From positions 384,001 to 448,000 of the forward strand of contig OZ242005.1 in NCBI GenBank assembly GCA_965204725.1: a stretch of DNA of 64,000 bases. The letters are read 5' to 3'. The notes under the pieces are model-generated. The model saw only the letters and a program-made list of their open reading frames with translations. It did no database searches and was not told the origin of the DNA. This DNA comes from Candidatus Latescibacterota bacterium. Lineage in GTDB: Bacteria > Latescibacterota > UBA2968 > UBA8231. The position numbers were made by a program, and so were the translations under genes. This document shows positions 19,790 through 29,188 of the stretch, piece after piece. How positions within the stretch are numbered: the stretch's first letter is position 1; every line of letters begins with the position of its first letter.

Positions 19790-20050
19790 ATGGAAAGTAT
19801 AAGCCGACAGCAAGAAGTAGATGAAAACTACGAGGCTTTCAAGGCTATGCTGCCCGAGTTAATGCGAACCCATCCAAATAAATTTGCGCTCATGCATAAT
19901 AAGGAGGTAGTCGCTTGCTTCGATACAAGCAGAGATGCGATTGCTGCGGGAAACAATTTGATAGATGGGCATTTCTCGGTACAACAGATTACCGACCGTT
20001 CCATTGATTTAGGATATTTCTCTCATGCCGGTGTTTTCTGGACAGTTTAA
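19790..20050 (+). CDS. Small DUF5678-like protein
   Basis: NYEAFKAMLPELMRTHPNKFALMHNKEVVACFDT; SD AAGGAG before ATG 19790. Confidence 0.65.
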   Translation: MESISRQQEVDENYEAFKAMLPELMRTHPNKFALMHNKEVVACFDTSRDAIAAGNNLIDGHFSVQQITDRSIDLGYFSHAGVFWTV

Positions 20051-20474
20051 TTGGAATGAGGGCCTAATATGGCAGGTCGGGTTCATTGATGCGTCCAAAA
20101 AACCTAATGGCGATGAGAGCAAACTTCATATATGCCCCGTCCTAGTCGATACAGGGGCTTCTCGAACCTGTATCGCAAGGTCCGTAATAGATGCTCTTGA
20201 GCTACAGCCTATTGGCAAGGTTGAAATGCAAACTGCCGGTGGGCTGGTCAACGTAAATGCGTACGATGTACATGTGGCTTTTATCGTCGATTTCAAACAG
20301 AATCCTGATGGCTCGCAGTCTGGCCAAGCCCAATTAACCCCCCAAACAGCAAACACTCAAGCTCTTGAATTCGATGCAGGAAAGAGTATCTATCAGGGGC
20401 TAATAGGCCGTGACATACTTCGCTACGGGGTGTTGATTCTTTCTATGGATGGGCATTATTCGTTTTCATATTGA
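20025..20474 (+). CDS. Retropepsin-like (clan AA) aspartyl protease
   Basis: LVDTGASRTCI and GLIGRDIL motifs. Confidence 0.85.
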   Translation: MPVFSGQFNWNEGLIWQVGFIDASKKPNGDESKLHICPVLVDTGASRTCIARSVIDALELQPIGKVEMQTAGGLVNVNAYDVHVAFIVDFKQNPDGSQSGQAQLTPQTANTQALEFDAGKSIYQGLIGRDILRYGVLILSMDGHYSFSY

Positions 20475-22241
20475 CCCCTGAAATTGCAATTGATGCAGGC
20501 GGGCGTAGATGCCGTCTTGGGCTAGAAGCTCGTCGTGGCGGCCCTCTTCGCGCAACTGGCCGCGGTGGAGCACGAGGATTTTGTCGGCGCGGCGGATGGT
20601 CGAGAGGCGATGGGCAATGACGATGGAAGTGCGGTCGCGCATCAGCTTTTCGACCGCCTCCCGAATCCAGCCTTCGGTCTCGGTGTCGATGTGGGCCGTG
20701 GCTTCGTCCAGCACCAAAATGTCCGGGTCTGCCGCTAGGGCGCGGGCAAAGGACAAGAGCTGACGCTGGCCTGCCGACAGGGCGGCGCCGCGCTCTTGCA
20801 CCTCGTGGCGGTAGGTGCTGGGCAGGCGGTCGATAAAGCGGTCGGCGTTGACATAGCGAGCCACCCGGGCGACCGCCTCGTCCGACAGCTCGGGCGCTCC
20901 GAGACGGATGTTGCTGGCAATATCGCCGGCAAAGAGAAAGACGTCTTGCTGCACCAAGCCAAAGCGCCGCCGCAATGCTTCCACATTCCACTCGCGGATG
21001 TCGATGCCATCGACCAAAATCTGCCCGCGCTGAATCTCGTAAAAGCGGCACAACAAGCTGACGATGGTCGTCTTACCCGAGCCCGTGGCCCCGACTAAGG
21101 CCAAGCTCTGGCCCGGCGCGGCGCAAAAGGAAACGTCGCGCAGGGCCCACTCTTCCCCTTCGTAAGCAAACCAAACGCGGCGGAACTCGATGGCACCGGC
21201 AACGCGCACTCGGCGCACGGGACCGCCGCTTGGCTCGGGCGCGGCGTCGAGCAGCTCAAAGATGCGCTCGGACGAGGCCATGGCCACCTGCACGGTGGCG
21301 TACTCCTCGGCGAGGTTGCGGATGGGCATGAAGAAGCGGGGCACGTATTGCAGCATGGCGACCAAAACGCCCCAAGCAATTTCCGCACGCAACACTTGGC
21401 CAACGCCGTACCACAACACCAGCGCCATCAAAGCGGCCCCGCACAGTTCCATAAAGGGAAAGTAAGCCGAATGGTACAAGGTGCGGACCAAGCGAGCGTC
21501 GAGGTATTCGTCCGTACCCTCGTTGAAGCGGCGGGTGCTGCGCGGCTCGCAGTTGAACAGCTTTACCACCTCTATACCCGACAGGGTTTCCTGCAAATCC
21601 GCGCTGAAGCGGGCAAAGCGGGTGCGGGCTTGGCGGAAGGCTTGGTAGGTGCGGTTTTGCAGCCACAAGGTGGCGGCCAAGGCCACGGGCAAAAAGGCGC
21701 AGGTCAGCAGGCCCAACTCCACATCGAGATAGTAGAAGATGTAAAACAGAATAGAGGCGATGGTGACGGTTTCGGTCACCAGCGAGACCGCGCCGTAGGT
21801 GAAGAATTCGTTGAGCGCATCGACGTCGCTGGTATTGCGCGCCATCAACCGGCCGATGGGGGTGCGGTCAAAGAATTTGAGCGGCAGGTGCTGGAGGCAG
21901 GAGAAAATGTTTGAGCGCACGTCGCGCATGGTCCACTGCCCGACCATGCTGGTGATCCAGCTCTGGGCGTAGCCAATGGCGAATTGGGCTACCAACAGCG
22001 CGGCAAAAAGCAAGACGAGGGCCCCTAGGCCGTCTAAGTCGCCGGGCACGATGTGGTCGTCAACGGCTATTTTGGTCAACACGGGACCGGCCTGACGAGC
22101 CAGCGAAGCCGCGAGGATGAGCACCAACGTCGAGACCGCCCAAAGCCAGTAGGGCCGCAAGAAACCCAAGAGCCTAGCGACTAGACCGAGGTCAATGGAT
22201 TTTTTGTCGATTTCCGGTTCGTCGCGGACCATCGGCGGCAT
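20466..22241 (-). CDS. ABC exporter, fused permease/ATPase (MdlB-like subunit)
   Basis: TM domain, GATGSGKT, degenerate LSAGQRQ signature, LDEATA. Confidence 0.93.
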   Translation of the reverse strand: MPPMVRDEPEIDKKSIDLGLVARLLGFLRPYWLWAVSTLVLILAASLARQAGPVLTKIAVDDHIVPGDLDGLGALVLLFAALLVAQFAIGYAQSWITSMVGQWTMRDVRSNIFSCLQHLPLKFFDRTPIGRLMARNTSDVDALNEFFTYGAVSLVTETVTIASILFYIFYYLDVELGLLTCAFLPVALAATLWLQNRTYQAFRQARTRFARFSADLQETLSGIEVVKLFNCEPRSTRRFNEGTDEYLDARLVRTLYHSAYFPFMELCGAALMALVLWYGVGQVLRAEIAWGVLVAMLQYVPRFFMPIRNLAEEYATVQVAMASSERIFELLDAAPEPSGGPVRRVRVAGAIEFRRVWFAYEGEEWALRDVSFCAAPGQSLALVGATGSGKTTIVSLLCRFYEIQRGQILVDGIDIREWNVEALRRRFGLVQQDVFLFAGDIASNIRLGAPELSDEAVARVARYVNADRFIDRLPSTYRHEVQERGAALSAGQRQLLSFARALAADPDILVLDEATAHIDTETEGWIREAVEKLMRDRTSIVIAHRLSTIRRADKILVLHRGQLREEGRHDELLAQDGIYARLHQLQFQGSI

Positions 22242-22247
22242 TAAAAA

Positions 22248-23993
22248 TTAGAGGTCGCTCAATTCCTCGGTGAGGTGCTGGCGGCGGTACGTCTCCGCGT
22301 ACAGGCCATCGCGTTTGAGCAATTGGTCGTGAGTGCCTTCTTCGACAACGCGCCCTTGGTCGAGCACGACGATGTGGTCCGCGCCCATGACGGTGGAGAT
22401 GCGATGGGCAATGAGGATGGTGGTGCGCTCGGCCATGACGGCGCGCAGGCGCGTGAGGATTTGCTCTTCGGTGCGGGTATCGACGCTGGCCAAGGCGTCG
22501 TCGAGAATGAGGATTTTCGGCTGGCGCACGACCGACCGAGCCAAGGCCGTGCGCTGCTTCTGCCCGCCCGACAAGGTGACGCCGCGCTCGCCGACGATGG
22601 TTTCCAGCCCTTGGGGAAAAGTCTTGAGGTCCGCGGCGAGTTGGGCGACCTCAATGGCGCGCTCGACCGCGTCTGGAGCGGCCGCGTCGAGGGCGATGTT
22701 GTCGCGGATGCTTTCGGAGAAGAGAAAGGTGTCCTGCGGCACGTAGCCGATGGCGTCGCGGAAGGCGTGCAGGGGAATTTGTTCAATGGGTTTGCCGTCG
22801 ATGAAAATTTGGCCCTCGCCGGCTTGGATGAGCCGGGGGATGAGCCGGGCCAGCGTGCTCTTGCCCGAGCCGACCCGGCCGACGATCGCGAGGGTGCTGC
22901 CGGCCGGTACGCGAATATCTATATCGCGCAGCACGGCTTGGCCATTGTACGCAAAGGAGGCGCGGCGGAATTCGATTTCGCCTTGGACCGCTAAGTCGCC
23001 GGCTTGGTGCTGGCTGGTCTGCGGCCTTTCTTTGAGCACGGACTCAATGCGCCGCATGGAAGCCATGGCGCGCTGGTATTCATCGACGATGCGGCCCATC
23101 ATCATCATCGGGCGGCTCATGCGGATCAAGTAGGCGTTGAAGGCGACAAAGACCCCCAAGGTCAGCGTCCCTTCAACAACGCGGGCACCACCCAGCCACA
23201 GGATGAATACCATGGACAGGCCGCTGATGAGAAAGGTGAAGGGGAAAAACGTGCTGTAGATGTAAATTAGGCGGCGATTGCGCTCGACGTACTCGTCGTT
23301 GAGTCGGGTGAAGCGGTCGATCTCGCGGCGGTGCCGGGCAAACGCCTTGACCACGCGTACACCCGAGAGGTTTTCCTGCAAGCAGGTGCTCATGGCGGCA
23401 AATTGTTCTTGGACCAAGCGATAGCGCGTGCGCACCTTGCCGCCGACCAAGCGCAGGATCACGGTCATAACGGGCATGGGCAACAGCGCGTACAGGGTCA
23501 GTTGCCAGTCGTACAGGCACATGGCAACCATGCTCAAGCTGAAGCCGAGCAGGGCACTCAGGAACATGCGGAAGCCGTGGCTGAGGTAGCGCTGCACGGC
23601 CTCGACATCGTTGGTCGCCCGCGCCATTAGATCGCCGGTGCGGGCCTGTTGGAAATAGCCCAAGGGCAAGGTGAGCAGGTGGGCGAAATAGCACTGGCGG
23701 ATGTCGCGCTCGACGCGATACGAAGTAGCGGCCAAGTGCCAGCGCATACCAAAGGCCATGCCCCACTGCGCTAGGCCCAAACCGACGATGACAGCGGCGT
23801 AGTACGCGAGAAACGTCCAGTCCGGTGCGGCTTGATCCAAGCTAGCTTGGGCTTGGTCAATGGCACTTTCGAGGACGAGGGGGATAGAAACGGAGACGAG
23901 CTGTTCGCCCAGCAAAAAAGCTAGGCCCGCGACTAAAGCCCAGCGGTAGGGACGGAGGTACGAGGCAAACGGTTTGAAGGGATTGAAGCTCAT
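22248..23993 (-). CDS. ABC exporter, fused permease/ATPase (MdlA-like subunit)
   Basis: RTGDLMARATND, GRVGSGKST, LSGGQKQR, degenerate LDDALASVD; forms a heterodimer pair with the downstream gene. Confidence 0.93.
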   Translation of the reverse strand: MSFNPFKPFASYLRPYRWALVAGLAFLLGEQLVSVSIPLVLESAIDQAQASLDQAAPDWTFLAYYAAVIVGLGLAQWGMAFGMRWHLAATSYRVERDIRQCYFAHLLTLPLGYFQQARTGDLMARATNDVEAVQRYLSHGFRMFLSALLGFSLSMVAMCLYDWQLTLYALLPMPVMTVILRLVGGKVRTRYRLVQEQFAAMSTCLQENLSGVRVVKAFARHRREIDRFTRLNDEYVERNRRLIYIYSTFFPFTFLISGLSMVFILWLGGARVVEGTLTLGVFVAFNAYLIRMSRPMMMMGRIVDEYQRAMASMRRIESVLKERPQTSQHQAGDLAVQGEIEFRRASFAYNGQAVLRDIDIRVPAGSTLAIVGRVGSGKSTLARLIPRLIQAGEGQIFIDGKPIEQIPLHAFRDAIGYVPQDTFLFSESIRDNIALDAAAPDAVERAIEVAQLAADLKTFPQGLETIVGERGVTLSGGQKQRTALARSVVRQPKILILDDALASVDTRTEEQILTRLRAVMAERTTILIAHRISTVMGADHIVVLDQGRVVEEGTHDQLLKRDGLYAETYRRQHLTEELSDL

Positions 23994-24081
23994 GCGCTGT
24001 TTGGTGAACCGCTAATATCTTACTTAGACTATACATGCTTACGAACCATGTCAAAGCAAGCGCGGATGCCGCGTCTGTGGT

Positions 24082-24984
24082 TTACCCCTTCACCGCCCCG
24101 AGCTGAATCCCGCTGATAAACCACCGCTGGAAAAAGACGAAAACTGCGATCATCGGCACGAGCATTAGCATCGACCCGGCGCAAATCAGCCCGTAGTCGT
24201 TGACGTATAAGTCCGACAGCTTGGCCAACCCCACCGGCAGCACCATCATGGAATCCGAATCCGTCACGATCAGGGGCCAGAGAAAAGCCCGCCAACGCCC
24301 GAGGAAGGTAAAAATCGCCAGCGCCCCCAGCGCCGGCTTGGCCAGCGGCACCACCACGTGCCAAAACACGCCCCACGCCGAGCATCCGTCGATGAGCGCA
24401 GCCTCCTCGATCTCGCGCGAAATGCCCAGCAAAAACTGCCGCAGCATAAACGTCCCATAGGCACTAAAACACCCCGGGGCAATGAGCGCGAAAAAGCTGT
24501 CCAGCCCCACCGGATGGCCGATGTAATAGTCCCCCCAGTAGAGGAAGCCGCTGAAGAAATCCGTCGCTAGGGCGGAGTTGAGCCAGTGGGGAATTTTCTT
24601 CATCAGCACAAATTGCGGGATCATCAGCACATCGGCCGGAATCATCATCGTCGATAGGTAGCCGAGAAAGAGCACATCGCGGCCCCTAAACCGCAAGCGG
24701 GCAAAGGCGTACGCCGCCAGCGCACTCGTGGCAACTTGGACCGCAGTGACTGCGGTGGCGATGAGCAGCGAGTTGGCGTAGTAGCGGAGGAAGGAAAAGG
24801 CGCGGAACACGCCGGCGTAATTGTCCGTCGTCCAGCGCGGCGGAATCCACCCGAGCGTCACATCGACGTTGTATTTGAAGGAGGTGAGCAAAGTCCACAC
24901 CAGCGGCACCACCATGCCGCTGAGCACGAGCAGCAAAATCGCATAGATAATGATCGTGGATTGGTACCGATGCCAGCGCGCCAT
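24082..24984 (-). CDS. Carbohydrate ABC transporter permease (MalG-like)
   Basis: YAFARLRFRGR, EAA loop EIEEAALIDG, ends SGIQLGAVKG. Confidence 0.93.
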   Translation of the reverse strand: MARWHRYQSTIIIYAILLLVLSGMVVPLVWTLLTSFKYNVDVTLGWIPPRWTTDNYAGVFRAFSFLRYYANSLLIATAVTAVQVATSALAAYAFARLRFRGRDVLFLGYLSTMMIPADVLMIPQFVLMKKIPHWLNSALATDFFSGFLYWGDYYIGHPVGLDSFFALIAPGCFSAYGTFMLRQFLLGISREIEEAALIDGCSAWGVFWHVVVPLAKPALGALAIFTFLGRWRAFLWPLIVTDSDSMMVLPVGLAKLSDLYVNDYGLICAGSMLMLVPMIAVFVFFQRWFISGIQLGAVKG

Positions 24985-25928
24985 TAGACGGCCTCCAGCC
25001 GCTTGCCGCCGTAGCGCCAGTTGAGCAAGGTCGCCGCAAAAATTAGCGCGAAGAGCACCATTGAAATCGCGGCGGCATAGCCGACCTCAAGCTGCTCGTA
25101 CGCTTGGGTGTAGATGTAGTAGCTCACGGTGGTCGTCGAGCCTTCGGGGCCGCCGCCGGTCATTACATAAGCGGCCTCAAACCCGCCTTGCAGGCCGCCG
25201 ATTACGCTGGTGACGAGGATGAAAAACGTCGTGGGCGCGAGCTGGGGCACGGTGATGTGGATCAGTTGCGACCACCAGCCGGCCCCGTCCATTTCAGCGG
25301 CCTCGTAGAGCTCGGGCGGGATGTTTTGCAAGCCGGCCAAGTAGAGAACCATGTTGTAGCCGCCGACGCTGGCCCAGACAAACATGACGATCAGCGCGGG
25401 CTTGGCCCAAGCCGCGCTGATGAGCCACCCCGGCAAGAGCGCCGCGGCCCGCTCGGGCGCGATCCCCAACCACCCAAACACCTGCCACAAAAGCCCGTTG
25501 ACAATGCCGACGTTTGGCTCGTAGGTCAGGAGCATCTTCCAGACCATGTAAATGGCGATGCCCGTACACAGATGGGGAATGAAGAAGAGGGTGCGGAAGA
25601 AGATGCGGCCGGGTAACTCTCGGTTTAACAACACGGCCAAGAGCAGGGAGCCGGCCATGGCGAGCGGGATGTTGAGCATCAAAAAGAGCGTGTTGCCGAG
25701 GTACTGCCAAAAGTATGGGTCGCGGGCCACCCACTCGCCATCCACCCGTTTGAAGAGGACCAACTCCGCAAAGTTGTCCAGCCCGATGAAGCTGGGATCG
25801 CCCGAGGCGAGCTGATAGCGGTAGAAGCCCATGCCCGCAGCCACCACGACCGGACCCAGCGCAAAAATGAGAAAGCCGACGAAATTGGGCAGCAGAAAGA
25901 AAAAGGCGGCCTTGTTTTGACGCCTCAC
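24984..25928 (-). CDS. Carbohydrate ABC transporter permease (MalF-like)
   Basis: FIGLDNF, LAGLQNIPPELYEAAEMDGA, MTGGGP. Start at GTG 25928 (GTGA overlap with the SBP stop). Confidence 0.92.
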   Translation of the reverse strand: MRRQNKAAFFFLLPNFVGFLIFALGPVVVAAGMGFYRYQLASGDPSFIGLDNFAELVLFKRVDGEWVARDPYFWQYLGNTLFLMLNIPLAMAGSLLLAVLLNRELPGRIFFRTLFFIPHLCTGIAIYMVWKMLLTYEPNVGIVNGLLWQVFGWLGIAPERAAALLPGWLISAAWAKPALIVMFVWASVGGYNMVLYLAGLQNIPPELYEAAEMDGAGWWSQLIHITVPQLAPTTFFILVTSVIGGLQGGFEAAYVMTGGGPEGSTTTVSYYIYTQAYEQLEVGYAAAISMVLFALIFAATLLNWRYGGKRLEAV

Positions 25929-27211
25929 AACGCGCTTTCCTCGGCGTAGATGCGTTGCAGATAGGCATTGGTTACTTGATGGGCCTCGGCGAGGGCTTCG
26001 GCCACGCTCTCGCGGCCGGTGAGGGCGGCGTCGAGTTCGTCGAGCATCCGGCGGTAGAGGTCTTCCCACCACAGTTCCTGGGGGAAGAGCCGGACCTCGT
26101 AGTCCATCGAGCGCACGAAGACTTCCTCCTCGTAGGGCGTTGACGCCCGCGGATAGGTCCGGCGGGCCACCGAGCGCTGCGGCGGCAGGTCGCTGCCCAA
26201 CTGGGCCATCTTGGTCGTCGCCTCGGCCGAGACCATGTGCTTGAGTACATCCCAAGCGACTTCGGGCTCTCGCGTCCCCTTCCAGATCGTAAAACCAACG
26301 CTGGCGTAGCGCGTCTGCCGGCCCGCCGGCCCTTGGGGAAAGAGGGCCGCGTCCCACTCAAAGCGGTCCAAAAGCTGAAAGGTCGGCAGCATCCACGGCC
26401 CCATGATGCCGATGGCGATCCGCCCGGCCTCAAAGGTAAAGGTGCTCATGGCGTTGTCGCTGCGCACGCCGGGGCGGGGCGGACTGACCTTGTGCTTAAA
26501 GTAGAGATCGACGTAGAACTGCACCGCTTGGGCTACGCGCGGATCGTCGAGGTTGGAAACGTAGCGTCCGTTTTCCCAGCGCAAGAAGTCCCCGCCCATG
26601 CTCCACACGTAGCTGGCAATGTCGTATGGGGTGCAGCCATAAATATCCGGCAGGCCGTCTTGGTCCTCGTCGATGGTCAGGGTCTGGGCTTTGGCTAGGA
26701 GATCGTCGAAGGTCCAGTCGTCGGTAGGATAGCTAACGCCGTAGCGGTCAAACAGGTCCTTGTTGTAAAAGCAGGTAATGGTGCTGCCTTTGACGGGTAG
26801 GCCGTAGAGGACGTCGTGGTACGTGTATCCTTGCAAGCCCACCGGATAGTAATCGTCGGTGTCGAGCTGGTCACGCCGAACCAAGCCGTCGAGCGGCAAA
26901 AGCTGCCCGGTGCTAGCGACTTGGGGCATCTGCCGCCAGTGCAATACGCAGATGTCGGGGGCGTGCCCGGCGTCCATGCCCGTCAGTAGCTTTTGCACGA
27001 CGCTGCGACCGGGCACAACCTCCAAACGCAGGCGAACCTCCGGGTGCTGCTGGCGATACTCGGCCGCGACCTTGCGGTATAGCTCGGCCTCTTGCGGCGA
27101 GCCATAGACCCACATGGTCAGCACCTCTTCGGCCGGATACCAGCGAATGGCGAGGACGCTCCAGAGCGCCCCAACGGCCAGCGCGGCCGTGATCCCGATG
27201 CGGAGGAGCAA
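25925..27211 (-). CDS. Sugar ABC transporter substrate-binding protein
   Basis: N-terminal anchor, APDI, LYGLP, FYNKDLF, WTFDDLL, FEAGRIA..GPW. Confidence 0.92.
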   Translation of the reverse strand: MLLRIGITAALAVGALWSVLAIRWYPAEEVLTMWVYGSPQEAELYRKVAAEYRQQHPEVRLRLEVVPGRSVVQKLLTGMDAGHAPDICVLHWRQMPQVASTGQLLPLDGLVRRDQLDTDDYYPVGLQGYTYHDVLYGLPVKGSTITCFYNKDLFDRYGVSYPTDDWTFDDLLAKAQTLTIDEDQDGLPDIYGCTPYDIASYVWSMGGDFLRWENGRYVSNLDDPRVAQAVQFYVDLYFKHKVSPPRPGVRSDNAMSTFTFEAGRIAIGIMGPWMLPTFQLLDRFEWDAALFPQGPAGRQTRYASVGFTIWKGTREPEVAWDVLKHMVSAEATTKMAQLGSDLPPQRSVARRTYPRASTPYEEEVFVRSMDYEVRLFPQELWWEDLYRRMLDELDAALTGRESVAEALAEAHQVTNAYLQRIYAEESAL

Positions 27212-27219
27212 TGCCGCCC

Positions 27220-28086
27220 CTAGCTCGCGGCGAATAGCTTTTCGCGCAACGGCTGTTGCAGCTCGTAGATGCCGCTGCCGCTACGCGGCCCGGCCGGCAG
27301 GCGCGTGCGAGCCGTCAGCGACGTGAGGCGAAAATCAAAGGTGGGAGTGCCGCACAGGATGTTGGCGTTAAAGGCATCCCAATTGCTCACTCCGCTGAGC
27401 GGCCACGCATCGACCGCCGCGTACTGATAGAGCAAGAGCCGCCGGGACTGGCCCGAGCGGTTCAGTGCTGAGCCGTGCAAGGTGCGGGCGTGGTGAATGG
27501 AAAGCGAGCCGGCTTTCATGGCCAGCGGAACGGCCTCTGCGAGGTCAATCTGGTCGCGCGCCGGGCTGATGGCCCCGATGAAGTAGCCGTCTTGGTGGTG
27601 ATCGAGAATCAGTCCGCGGTGCGAGCCGGGTACGACCATCATGCAGCCATTTTCTTGCGTGGCGTCGTCTAGGGCAATGCCAACGGCGCACAAATCGTCG
27701 TTGGTGTGCGGATAATGGGCAAAGTCTTGGTGCCACTCAACCGGGCTGCCGCCATCGGCCGGCTTCATGTTGAGCTTGTCGCCTTGGGCGCGAATGGCCG
27801 GGCCGATCAGGGGCGTCAACAGGTCTAGGATGCGGCGGTCGCGCATCAAGCCGCCGAAAAAGGGGTGATAACTCGCCGGTGCGCCCAAGCGGCGCACCTT
27901 GGGGTTTTCCGGGGTGTGGCCCGGCTCTAGGTCGAAGTGCCCGCTCTGCTCGGAGACGTGCCGCGCCTGCTCGACGAAGTCATCGACGATGGCGTGGGCC
28001 TCCTCTAGCTCGGCTGGGCGCAACACATCTTCGACGATGAGATAGCCATGTTCGCGGTAGAAATCGACCTGTTCTTGGGTGGGCAT
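27220..28086 (-). CDS. Phytanoyl-CoA dioxygenase family (Fe/2OG) protein
   Basis: YREHGYL, WHQD, ENGCMMVVPGSH, HGSALNRS..R; SD AGGAGG before ATG 28086. Confidence 0.9.
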   Translation of the reverse strand: MPTQEQVDFYREHGYLIVEDVLRPAELEEAHAIVDDFVEQARHVSEQSGHFDLEPGHTPENPKVRRLGAPASYHPFFGGLMRDRRILDLLTPLIGPAIRAQGDKLNMKPADGGSPVEWHQDFAHYPHTNDDLCAVGIALDDATQENGCMMVVPGSHRGLILDHHQDGYFIGAISPARDQIDLAEAVPLAMKAGSLSIHHARTLHGSALNRSGQSRRLLLYQYAAVDAWPLSGVSNWDAFNANILCGTPTFDFRLTSLTARTRLPAGPRSGSGIYELQQPLREKLFAAS

Positions 28087-28096
28087 ATCGCCTCCT

Positions 28097-28138
28097 AAAA
28101 GTAGAAGGGCAGGCCCCGCACCTAGGCGAGACCTGCCC
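28097..28138 (-). terminator. Putative intrinsic terminator
   Basis: Stem GGGCAGG...CCTGCCC (28107-28138) followed on the minus strand by TTCTACTTTT, just after the stop at 28169. Confidence 0.6.
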
Positions 28139-28168
28139 GGAATGGTACTGCGATTGAGATGAAACGGC

Positions 28169-29062
28169 CTAGAACTGGGCCTTGATTCGGCCCCAGCTAT
28201 TCGCCTCGACCGACGTGCCCGTACCCCAGTCGATGTTGGCATCGGCCGGCGTTAGCAGCAAGTCTTGGCCGGCGTGGCAGCACGAAATGGGATTGGTGCT
28301 CCACATGCCGATGCGGTTGTCGCCATCGCCATCGCCGCCATCGACGTCGTTGACCGTCAGGGTGATGTGAATGATCTCGCCCTCGCTCAGGTCGTGGACC
28401 TCAACTTGGTCTTCGGTGGCTTCATCCGAGCGCGGCATCCGATGAATCGGCAGGATGCGGAGCTCGTAGTCGTACGTGCTCTCGCCGAACTCATCGCCCG
28501 TGAAGCTGTGGGCGATCTCGATGTACTGCGAGCCGCTGGTCATCCACGGCAGGTTGAGAATCGGGCGATACCACTCAAAGGTCTCCTGATACACCGGGAA
28601 GGCAAACTTGTAGCTAAAGCTGGTCGCATCGTCGCCGGGGTTCAGATCGTCGCGGGCTTGGTGCGCCGCGTTGAGCTCGTACTCGACGCTGTCATCCCAG
28701 AAGAATTTGCCCGGGTCTTGGCGCTGCGTGACGTGAATGTTGTCGAAGACGCGGCTGGTGATGTACACGTTGTTGGTCGCGTCGTTCCAGCCGACGATGT
28801 GGCGGATCTGCATTGAGCTGGCGTCCAGCCCACCGCGGTCGACGTTCTCGCCGGCAAAGCCGTGAATCGAGAACAAGGACTCGCTGAAAATCCCGTACTG
28901 CTCGAGGGGCACGGGGGCCCACTCGCTGGGGTCGCCGTCGATGACGGGGACGTTGGCATCGGGGAAATTCACGGCGACCAACAGTTCGCCCGGTGGCTCA
29001 TGGGCTTGGGCGGCAACCACAAGGCCCAACGAAGCAACGGCGGTGGTGAGAATTTTCTTCAT
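28169..29062 (-). CDS. Secreted CBM9/DOMON-like protein with C-terminal TSVEANSWGRIKAQF tail
   Basis: Signal peptide MKKILTTAVASLGLVVAAQA, PVIDGDPSEW, VGWND..VY, WDDSVE, VNDVD; SD GGAGGT before ATG 29062. Confidence 0.7.
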   Translation of the reverse strand: MKKILTTAVASLGLVVAAQAHEPPGELLVAVNFPDANVPVIDGDPSEWAPVPLEQYGIFSESLFSIHGFAGENVDRGGLDASSMQIRHIVGWNDATNNVYITSRVFDNIHVTQRQDPGKFFWDDSVEYELNAAHQARDDLNPGDDATSFSYKFAFPVYQETFEWYRPILNLPWMTSGSQYIEIAHSFTGDEFGESTYDYELRILPIHRMPRSDEATEDQVEVHDLSEGEIIHITLTVNDVDGGDGDGDNRIGMWSTNPISCCHAGQDLLLTPADANIDWGTGTSVEANSWGRIKAQF

Positions 29063-29155
29063 GGTAAAACTACCTCCACGAGATAGGGGTGAATAAAAAT
29101 GAAAGAAGAGAAAAGGTGGTCTTCCCTTCTCGGTTCTGCAATGCGATAAGTGCTC

Positions 29156-29185
29156 AATATACGCGCCCTCAAAAGCGTCCGTCAA
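29156..29185 (-). promoter_or_regulatory. Putative sigma-70 promoter for the 29062 gene
   Basis: Minus strand TTGACG-N18-TATATT. Confidence 0.5.
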
Positions 29186-29188
29186 GGC

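Noticed and set aside
25929-26357. Long N-terminal extension of the sugar permease
   Set aside because: Overlaps the SBP gene in another frame; the GTGA overlap gives the natural start at 25928
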